Source: Oligoflexales bacterium (GTDB taxonomy: Bacteria; Bdellovibrionota_B; Oligoflexia; Oligoflexales; Bog-1112). Taken from it: a stretch of DNA of 15,093 nucleotides. The stretch spans positions 1-15,093 of the forward strand of contig JBGCDR010000224.1 of the NCBI GenBank assembly GCA_045105515.1. Reading direction: 5' to 3'. The notes under the pieces were generated by a model. That model was given only the letters and a program-made list of their open reading frames with translations. It did not search any database and was not told the DNA's origin. Both the position numbers and the translations under genes were made by a program. Shown here in pieces: positions 1 through 7,830 of the stretch. The number at the start of each line of letters is the position of its first letter. Position 1 is the stretch's first letter.

Positions 1-217
1 CGCGCATGGGCACCCCCAAGATCTTTTGATTTTCCGACAATTATAGCCTTTTTAGAGAAACTGGGGAAATTCGCTAAAGATTATAGTGCTCTAAGCCTTA
101 CATACAAAGGCGGCGGTGTGTTTCCAATCAGGCACTATGTAATAATTAAAATTATGTATTATATTTGAAGCTTTCGAGGAAAAATATACTATAATAAACC
201 CATAAAATTCTCTTTGT

Positions 218-244
218 CCAACTTTGATTCATTGCCTCCGAACA
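218..244 (+). promoter_or_regulatory. possible degenerate sigma-28 promoter upstream of the patatin remnant
   Basis: CCAA(218-221)-N15-TCCGAACA(237-244) against consensus TAAA-N15-GCCGATAA. Spacing is correct but there are several mismatches. Confidence 0.25.
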
Positions 245-293
245 CTGTGGGTTCTTAAGACAAAAACTAATTTTGACCCTAGGAGGCGTCGGA

Positions 294-553
294 ATGACAA
301 AAGTATATAAAAATCTGGTATTTGAGGTGAATGGAGCAGTTGGAGTCGCTTATTGTGGAGCCATAAAGGCACTAGAGAAGAGAAATTTACGTAAACATAG
401 AGAGTATATGGAACATCATCCGTTTCAATTATGCCCTTACTGGTCAGCCTTAACTTGTCGACCAAAGAAATAGAACAGACTTATATGGAATTAGATTTTA
501 AAAAAATCTTAGATGGTGGCCTTACTAGTAAATATCGTTTGGCAACATTATAA
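294..553 (+). pseudogene. patatin-like phospholipase, frameshifted and truncated N-terminal remnant
   Basis: RBS AGGAGG at 281-286 and ATG at 294 give MTKVYKNLVFEVNGAVGVAYCGAIKALEK, matching the patatin pattern NLVFEGGGxxGxAYxGAxxAL. After a frameshift near 395-402 another frame reads RVYGTSSVSIMPLLVSLNLSTKEIEQTYMELDFKKILDGG, matching RVxGTSAGAI...EI...LDFxxFxD. It stops at TAA 551-553. Confidence 0.85.
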
Positions 554-941
554 GGACTTTTTTTGTCGATAGATTGGGTGTTTTTCATTTGATTTTAGTC
601 TTTTCCTTCCCGTATTGTCTTTTGACTTCACTCCATGTGGGTAGTGATTTGCATAATTTACGACCGAAGCAAAGATGTTAATTTTTTTGCAGGACTTGTA
701 AAAACATACCTTTCGACATCTGCGGAAGGAATTGGAATCTGTAAATTATCTTTTATCTTTAGCTAGATAAAGCTCCTGTATTATAACAAAAAATTCCTAT
801 TATTACACCATAACCAAAAAATCTCTTAATAAATATAAAACTATTCCGAAGTCTTGGTTAGCTGATAGCTATTTGATAGGTGTGATTACGAAAAATAGTT
901 AGTCTTATTAAGTTCGGTACTTATTCTTAGAGGAGTAAAAT

Positions 942-1742
942 ATGAAAACATTATTTTACATTTTTGTCTTGGTTTTTCCCTTGTCAACGCTAGCAGAAAG
1001 TTCCCCAGATGACCCCTTGCATTTTTCCAAACAGGGACCTTTAAATTTTGGATTATTAATTAATAATAGCAAACATAAGATATATCGATCGGAAAGACTT
1101 GGGAGCAGCGGATTAAAAGAATTAAAAGAATATTTAAATAAAAAAAATCTACCTTTTCCAAAAACTATATTGCATTTAAACCGACATGGTTTCAAGAAAA
1201 AATTTCCTTTTTTTGAACGTTTTGCCATCCAAGAATTCAAGCTTCAAAAAAAGTACTCATTCGACTTCTATCATAGTTTCAAATACACTTATCGCACCTA
1301 TCTAGATGGAGATAATCCATATGAGCCAGATGAAGACATAGATGGAAAAAAATACCTTGGTAAAGATGGAAGAAAATATTTTGGCATTATAAAAGATAAC
1401 AAGAAAGATGGAGGCATCGATGCTTTTATGCGAATTATGCGACTTATCTTAAAATCTGATGAACCTGTGCTATTTCACTGTACTGGAGGAAGACATAGAA
1501 CCGGAATGGTTGCTATGGCTGTTAGATATCTTCAAGGAGATCAATGGATATTTGGAAAGAAACGCAAAGTAAAAGTTGGTTTTTTTGGAAAAAAGATAAG
1601 CCTTAATCCAGCTCAGTATGAATACTATCTTCACAATAAACGCCAGTTTCGAGAAGATAACATAAGATTTATTGATGAGTTTTATAACGATCCCTTGTTT
1701 GGAGAGTTAGAAGAAGCCTATCAAGAAAGCCTCAATTTATAA
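942..1742 (+). CDS. exported cysteine-dependent protein-tyrosine/dual-specificity phosphatase family protein (Siw14/PFA-DSP-like)
   Basis: RBS AGAGGAG at 929-935. Signal peptide MKTLFYIFVLVFPLSTLA. N-terminal NFG...IYRS motif. Intact CX5R P-loop PVLFHC180TGGRHR186TG. Confidence 0.85.
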   Translation: MKTLFYIFVLVFPLSTLAESSPDDPLHFSKQGPLNFGLLINNSKHKIYRSERLGSSGLKELKEYLNKKNLPFPKTILHLNRHGFKKKFPFFERFAIQEFKLQKKYSFDFYHSFKYTYRTYLDGDNPYEPDEDIDGKKYLGKDGRKYFGIIKDNKKDGGIDAFMRIMRLILKSDEPVLFHCTGGRHRTGMVAMAVRYLQGDQWIFGKKRKVKVGFFGKKISLNPAQYEYYLHNKRQFREDNIRFIDEFYNDPLFGELEEAYQESLNL

Positions 1743-1916
1743 CTTCAAAGATCTTTATCTCGGTGGCACCCGGGTAATGACATTAAGCAGCACAATTTTT
1801 GGCATGATCCTTCTCTTGTTTGTTAACAACTAGGCACAATAGAAGGTATGGGATGAGATGTCTAGGAAGGGCATCAATTAGGCCGACCTGCTAAAAAACC
1901 TACGCTTGGGTTAGCT

Positions 1917-1948
1917 ACCTGATCCGGAATGTGAATCAGGTTTATTTT
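1917..1948 (+). terminator. possible intrinsic terminator
   Basis: ACCTGAT(1917-1923)...ATCAGGT(1935-1941) stem followed by TTATTTT. Confidence 0.4.
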
Positions 1949-2252
1949 CATTCAAGAAGAGAGTTTATTTATAAAATTAATGGTTTATACTTATGGAAGT
2001 TAATCAAATCTCTGAATGATAAGTTAATAAAATATTTCAAGAAAAAATATTCCATTTAAAATATGAAAAAGCTTAAGCTAACAGTTTAAGTTTAGAATTT
2101 AAATACTGCTTCCACAATTAGATACTCATCTTGTGGATAAGTTCCTTGATTATTTGAATCAAAAAAAGCATATTGAGACCATAACAGTCGAAACACTTTG
2201 ATTTAATGCATATTTTTTATCAACGTAAATTCAAGTCGGAAATGGGGTTTTC

Positions 2253-3572
2253 ATGTTTTTTCATATCAATACAAATATACGAAATATAGGTTTATCATGT
2301 TCTGTCATATTTCTTTTATCTAACTCAGTTATGGCGGAAGATTGTCTAGTCCCTTTAAAGGAAAACACAGTTCGATCCGAAGTTAAATTAAGCAAAAGCT
2401 CAAGAAAAGCTTGTATAGAGCAGGCTAGTTTATTTTTCGAACAGCCAAATCTTACAGCTGATGAACTTTATACAGGCGATTTAAAAAACAGAGGTTTTTT
2501 ACCTAACCAACAACTTTATTGTCGCTTCACATTTCATAAGAAAAGTGGCTCTAGTCCCAAGTTTAGATGTTTTTTAACCGATCCTTACTATAATTACTAT
2601 AGCAAGGATAGAAATATAGCTGACAGTGCTATAGCCACCGATAGTCAGGGCTATTTACTTAATTCTTATGGTCACCAAATTTACAATGAAAGTAGTGGAA
2701 AAGCAGTCAAAGCTGATAAAGTAAGAATCAAATATACAACAGGAAAACCAAGGCACAGAGAGGTTTTCACTGAAATAGCTGCCAGCAGAATTTTTTGGGC
2801 TTTGGGCATCTATCATGATTCAATGTATCCTGTCCAGGTAAAATGTTTAGGCTGTAGTGAAAACCCTCATAAAGAAAGTCAGAAATATGCGGTTGAAGAT
2901 ATCCAAAATTTTTTTCCAACAAGTGTTGAGAGAAAACTTCCAGGCAAAGAAATAGAGCTCAAAAATAACCAAGGTTGGAGTAAGAATGAACTTGAAAAGA
3001 AATATCAAAGTAGTAGCGAATCCGCTAAAATTGAAATTGAAGCTTTTGTTTTAGCCACCAATCTTTTCAATTACCACAATCCCTTATGGTTTCAAAATCG
3101 AATCATGTGCTTAGATGGCTATTACGACAAAATAACAGGGGTCTGTAATAAGTCTGTCATGTATATTCATGATTTAGGCTCAACCTTTGGCAGTGATGGA
3201 TTATTTGTTAATCCCAGGGGGGATTATTCTAAGTGGCGGGACAAAGGTATCTTTAGAGATCGCGCTAGCTGCAAAGTGAGGGGAAATTTTGGTGATATCA
3301 AATATATTTCTGAAGAAGCGAGATCTTTTTTGATGCTGCGTTTAAATGCTCTTACAGAGGAAAAAGTTAGAGCGATTTTCGCAGCTGCTCACTTTGAGCT
3401 CGTAGATGAAGAATTAAGTACAGAGGTTTCATTGCAAAATCCCAATATGATAGGACCTGAACTGGATCTTCTGATTATCAACAATTGGGTCTCCACATTT
3501 ATTGATAGAATTGAGGAGATTGCCTCTTTACGCTGCCCAAACCTGGAACAAAGTGTGCGTGAAAACCAGTAA
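2253..3572 (+). CDS. exported atypical protein-kinase-like fold protein (HipA/PI3-4K-like motif order), possible pseudokinase
   Basis: 439-aa ORF with a signal-peptide-like N-terminus ending ...SNSVMA. Motifs in kinase order: Gly-loop G99SSPKF, beta3 Lys VRIK160Y, alphaC Glu E174IAASRIFWALG, catalytic-loop region YHN276PLWFQNR, DFG-like IHD307LGSTFG. Confidence 0.65.
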   Translation: MFFHINTNIRNIGLSCSVIFLLSNSVMAEDCLVPLKENTVRSEVKLSKSSRKACIEQASLFFEQPNLTADELYTGDLKNRGFLPNQQLYCRFTFHKKSGSSPKFRCFLTDPYYNYYSKDRNIADSAIATDSQGYLLNSYGHQIYNESSGKAVKADKVRIKYTTGKPRHREVFTEIAASRIFWALGIYHDSMYPVQVKCLGCSENPHKESQKYAVEDIQNFFPTSVERKLPGKEIELKNNQGWSKNELEKKYQSSSESAKIEIEAFVLATNLFNYHNPLWFQNRIMCLDGYYDKITGVCNKSVMYIHDLGSTFGSDGLFVNPRGDYSKWRDKGIFRDRASCKVRGNFGDIKYISEEARSFLMLRLNALTEEKVRAIFAAAHFELVDEELSTEVSLQNPNMIGPELDLLIINNWVSTFIDRIEEIASLRCPNLEQSVRENQ

Positions 3573-3727
3573 TTTACATTTCTGACAGTAAGAACAGGTA
3601 AATTTTTCTATGCTCACAGTCTTGAGCAAGAAAGAATTCATTCTCAGTTAGATAATATTTCAAAAACAAATATTCCAGTAAAAATTTATTAAAGATTAGG
3701 CTAGCTGCTTAAGATCAGAAATAATGA

Positions 3728-3754
3728 TAAATCAGTTTATTATTTTTCCGAAGA
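3728..3754 (+). promoter_or_regulatory. sigma-28-like promoter
   Basis: TAAA(3728-3731)-N15-TCCGAAGA(3747-3754). Confidence 0.45.
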
Positions 3755-3763
3755 GTTACTGTC

Positions 3764-4027
3764 TTGGAATTGGAAACCATGTATTCGATAAGAGATCGAG
3801 CAAAGCAGAATATTAAAATAACCGTTTACGAATGGAAACCACAGCCTTCATTCTCATTACGCATCTCGAGGAGAGGGTTGCAATTAGTCGAATTTATAAC
3901 CCAGATCGAGGTAATTGTAGGATCAAAAAAAGTGTATTTTTCTTGTAAGCGGCCTCTCAAATCCAAGTATTTAATTTTACTCCGACCCTGTAACACAGAT
4001 TTATCGCAGTATCAACCAAGAAAGTAG
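3764..4027 (+). CDS. doubtful small ORF or gene remnant
   Basis: 87-codon ORF with a TTG start, no clear RBS and no recognised motif. It lies directly downstream of a sigma-28-like promoter. Confidence 0.2.
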   Translation: MELETMYSIRDRAKQNIKITVYEWKPQPSFSLRISRRGLQLVEFITQIEVIVGSKKVYFSCKRPLKSKYLILLRPCNTDLSQYQPRK

Positions 4028-4301
4028 GTTTAGTTAGATCTCAGACCTGAACTCCAAAATAACTTTTCTTGATTTTCATATCAACGGCACTTGGCATGGA
4101 TTAGTTAGTTACATTGATTTGAGCAAGAGATTTATTCTATGTTCTCTCATCAAATTTTAAATGATGCACTTACATTTCTTGCGTTGATCTCTTGACATGC
4201 AAGAGGATTTTGATTAATTTTTTGCAAATTTATACGCCCTAAACTTTCCAATTTTAGTAACTATGAATTACAAGACAAGTTCTAACAACTTAGGATAGAT
4301 T

Positions 4302-4970
4302 ATGAAAAAAATCAAAGCTATACAGATACCGGTACTATTTTTGTTAATACTTAGATCTAGTGAATTGCTTGCAGTTCCTGAATATATATTATTGGATTTT
4401 GCCAAATTTAATGCAGAAGAAGATGCTTATAGAAAACCGGAGATGCCGCTGTCCTTAGACCGCTGGAGTACACATTCTAAAGAGTCCAGTATTTCAGATG
4501 GTCAGGATTGGCTTTCAAGATCGGCTGTGCAGCGATCAAAAGTAATTGAGTACAAATTTGATTATCTTGAAGTTTCGTTTATTCCATTTCATTTCAAAGG
4601 AGAATCGTCGTATGCCAACATCAATAGGCTAATAGATAGGAAGCTTAGTAGTCGATATTTTGACAAAGTGTTCCTGATAATAAAAAATGAGATTAAAAAT
4701 GGTGATAAAGAATTCAAAATTTTAGTTGAAGAGGAATGGGGAGATGAGATTGAGCTACTAACTTATTCAGCAAAAGAAACAGAAAATGAAAGATCTGCCT
4801 CACAATGTGAAAGGTCGGTACTTTCTTTATATAGTATTGAAGATATAATTTCAAGAATCAATGACAAAACTCTATTACTTTATGTTGATAACATAAAATG
4901 GAACCTTACTAATTTTCAAAAAAGATTGGATCTGACAAACTCCTTAAGAGAGAGCGATTTTGAGGATTAA
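4302..4970 (+). CDS. hypothetical exported protein
   Basis: 222-aa ORF, RBS AGGA at 4292-4295, signal peptide MKKIKAIQIPVLFLLILRSSELLA. No recognised domain. Confidence 0.8.
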   Translation: MKKIKAIQIPVLFLLILRSSELLAVPEYILLDFAKFNAEEDAYRKPEMPLSLDRWSTHSKESSISDGQDWLSRSAVQRSKVIEYKFDYLEVSFIPFHFKGESSYANINRLIDRKLSSRYFDKVFLIIKNEIKNGDKEFKILVEEEWGDEIELLTYSAKETENERSASQCERSVLSLYSIEDIISRINDKTLLLYVDNIKWNLTNFQKRLDLTNSLRESDFED

Positions 4971-5262
4971 GATCGATATATTTTTTGATAGTCAACAGTG
5001 AGACCAAAAACTGCGTACGCTTGTTCGTGTTTTTTGAAAGCGAACCCGTATGGTTACTAAATTCAAATAAACCCTCTTTATTCACAAGGTAACTATAGGA
5101 AAATTTCGGTAAAAAAATTATTTTATTTTATTTTTAAAAAATATTTTTTAGGTCATTGTGTAATTATAGACATAATTTGACGAGTCTAAATAAATTTCTT
5201 TCTAGAATTTTTTATGGATTACCAATAGGTTCAGATTCAAAAACATGATCTAATTGAAGGAC

Positions 5263-7431
5263 TTAATTATTTTTAGTCCACTTTAAAACAGCTTCTACAA
5301 GTTGGTTTTTGCTGATTGGTTTACTGAAGATATCTATGCAGCCAGCGGCTATACACTTGTCACGTTCTCCTTTCAAACAATGAGCCGTCAAGGCTATGAT
5401 AGGAGTCTTTATGCCAAGCGATATTATTTTTTTAGCTACTGAATACCCATCAATCATTGGAATTTGAATGTCCATAAGTATAATATGGAGAGTTTCTTTC
5501 GAAGCTTTTTCCAGAGCTTCAATACCATTATTTGCAGTGCTTACTTGACAACCTTCTGATTTTAAAAAGGTTGTGAAAAGAAGTTGGATGTCAGGATTAT
5601 CTTCAACTAATAAAGCTTTGATATCTATGAGGCGCGGACTTGCCGAAATTGGCCTCGTTTCTGCTATGAGCTTACCCTTGCAAGACTTTGCTATTTCCCA
5701 AGAAAACTGAAAACAGCTACCTTGATCAATGATACTATCCTTTAGTTGTAAGTCTCCACCAATCAGTTTAGCGATTTTTTTTGATAGAAACAAACCAAGC
5801 CCAGTCCCTCCTGAATCTTGAATAATATGATCCTTTATCTGGCTAAAAGGTTGAAAGAGTTTTGGCCAATTATTAGGGTCAATTCCAATGCCAGTATCTT
5901 GTACTTCTATAACAAGTAGAGACTTATCGGTTAAATCAGAAAATTCTTTTTTTACCTTAACTTTAATTTCTCCATTTTGAGTAAATTTAATAGCATTTGT
6001 AATCAAATTCACTAAAATTTGTCTAAGTCGAAGTGGGTCTATTTCTATCATTTCGGGCAAAGAACGGCTGTAATCTATGGTCAAAGAGAGTGATTTTTTG
6101 GAAGCTAAAGTTGATAACTGTCCAATAACTCCATCTATTTCGGTTCGAAGAAAAATTGGGAGGGGTCTGGTTTCAATTTTTCCAGATTCGATTGTATTTA
6201 AGTCAAGAATGCCATTTAAAAGCTGCAATAAATGATGTCCATTTCTACTTATATTTCGAAGAACCTCTTGTCTTAAATTATCTTCTAAGTCATTGGTTAG
6301 CAAATCTGTGTAACCAATTATAATATTAACTGGTGTCTTGATTTCATGACTCATCATAGCTAAGAATGAAGATTTTGCAACATTCGCAGCTTCTGCTTTT
6401 TCTTTGGCTTCAATCAAGTCAGATTCAATTTTTTTTTCATTTTCGATATTGCGCGCAATTCCAGCAACACCCACGACACCTTTTCCTTTTTCTATCACCG
6501 GAGACAAAATAAGAGAATGCCAAATTTTTTCTCCATCGGGTTTCGTAAATATTTTTTCTACTTGCATAGGTGTTTGGGTAGCCATCACTTCTTCTTGAAA
6601 AGCGATATACTCTTTTCCTTGTTCGGGACCTGTTAATTCAATGGCATCTTTTCCAATAACTAACTCGGGTGCGAAGCCGAATTTTTCTGCTCCATTGTTA
6701 ACCATTATGTACTTATGTTTATTGTCACTCAAAAAGATTGCATCTTCTGCGCTATCCACGATTGATCTAAGCTGAGCTTCTTTTTCTGAAAGCTCCGATT
6801 CGGAATGCTTTCTTGTTCCTATTTCAGATTCTAAAACCTCAATTGTTTTTAGTAACTTTTCCTCAACGCTTGCATTTGCCTGATATAAATAATACATGGT
6901 TGCAAAAATGGTGGCAAATGTAGCTATCGAGACACTTAAGAAGATGATTTGAGAAGTTGCTGCATCGAGGTATAGCCAAGGCTCAGAGCTAAACCCGAAA
7001 AGTATTTGATAAGCATAAAGACTTAAAGGTAAAAGGCAGCTGGCAATGAATGGTAATTTGTGCCTTCCCCCAAAAACCACACAAGGTATAGCCATGTTAG
7101 CAAAGTAAAACTGGTGGAGGCCTGCATCTTTCCCTAAAATCATTGAATAAATAGCGACACTGATATTGGGAATCAGCATAAGTAAAGCCCTAGATAAGGA
7201 GTTGTAATTCGAATGATTTAGAAAAATCACCAAAAGATAACTAAAAGCTATAGGAATTACATAGAAGCTAAGAAAGCCTAATCCTGCATCATAGAATATC
7301 TTTACATAGGGCACTGTTATTAAGGCAATGGTAAATGATATTTGATTCGATACCCGGAGCCTCTTTTTTAAGGAGCTAGACATTGCCCTATTAACACCGG
7401 TATTGGAAATCCTATCCCAAATTTTAAACAC
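5263..7431 (-). CDS. membrane-bound hybrid sensor histidine kinase (multi-TM sensor, PAS, HisKA, HATPase_c, REC)
   Basis: GTG start with AAGGA upstream. About 5-6 hydrophobic segments in the first 185 aa. PAS (LRSIVDSAEDAIF...VGVAGIARNI), H-box FLAMMSHEIKTP, N-box QILVNLITNAIKFT, G1 DTGIG, F-box LFQPFSQ, G2 GGTGLGL. Receiver with LLVEDN, ILMDIQIP, ALTA and SKP. Confidence 0.97.
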   Translation of the reverse strand: MFKIWDRISNTGVNRAMSSSLKKRLRVSNQISFTIALITVPYVKIFYDAGLGFLSFYVIPIAFSYLLVIFLNHSNYNSLSRALLMLIPNISVAIYSMILGKDAGLHQFYFANMAIPCVVFGGRHKLPFIASCLLPLSLYAYQILFGFSSEPWLYLDAATSQIIFLSVSIATFATIFATMYYLYQANASVEEKLLKTIEVLESEIGTRKHSESELSEKEAQLRSIVDSAEDAIFLSDNKHKYIMVNNGAEKFGFAPELVIGKDAIELTGPEQGKEYIAFQEEVMATQTPMQVEKIFTKPDGEKIWHSLILSPVIEKGKGVVGVAGIARNIENEKKIESDLIEAKEKAEAANVAKSSFLAMMSHEIKTPVNIIIGYTDLLTNDLEDNLRQEVLRNISRNGHHLLQLLNGILDLNTIESGKIETRPLPIFLRTEIDGVIGQLSTLASKKSLSLTIDYSRSLPEMIEIDPLRLRQILVNLITNAIKFTQNGEIKVKVKKEFSDLTDKSLLVIEVQDTGIGIDPNNWPKLFQPFSQIKDHIIQDSGGTGLGLFLSKKIAKLIGGDLQLKDSIIDQGSCFQFSWEIAKSCKGKLIAETRPISASPRLIDIKALLVEDNPDIQLLFTTFLKSEGCQVSTANNGIEALEKASKETLHIILMDIQIPMIDGYSVAKKIISLGIKTPIIALTAHCLKGERDKCIAAGCIDIFSKPISKNQLVEAVLKWTKNN

Positions 7432-7830
7432 GCTATTTTAATCCTTAAAATTTGCTATTTGAATAGATTGTTGTTATTCCCTACAGATGAACCATGCTCA
7501 AGTAGCTAATTAAATATTCGCTTCTTTCAATACTGTCAAGATAGACCTTAAAATAAGGGATATATTATATAAAATGTAGAACAGAGTATTGAACTACACC
7601 AAATTCTAAGGATGACCTTCATTCAAATGAAAACTTTCATCACTGTAGTTGTTCCCAATTAGAATTATTTTAAACGATTAGTGGCTGCTGAAACTGTTAA
7701 TCAATTTTTGAAGTGTTCGCCTGTGGTTCCAATTCATAAAAAAATAAATGTTATGCAACATCAACCAAGCATTCAGAGGCGGTGTGGTTTGTCTTTAAAT
7801 TCTTTTCCCCAAATAAATTCTAAAGGGTAT

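Noticed and set aside
1..168. Open plus-strand frame from the window edge containing KGGGV
   Set aside because: It may be a gene end, but it is too short to assign. The patatin-like GGG does not connect to the remnant at 294.
229..465. 78-aa minus-strand ORF
   Set aside because: Antisense shadow of the patatin remnant; no motif.
956..1240. 94-aa minus-strand ORF
   Set aside because: Lies within the phosphatase gene on the opposite strand.
6404..6598. 64-aa plus-strand ORF
   Set aside because: Antisense shadow of the histidine kinase.
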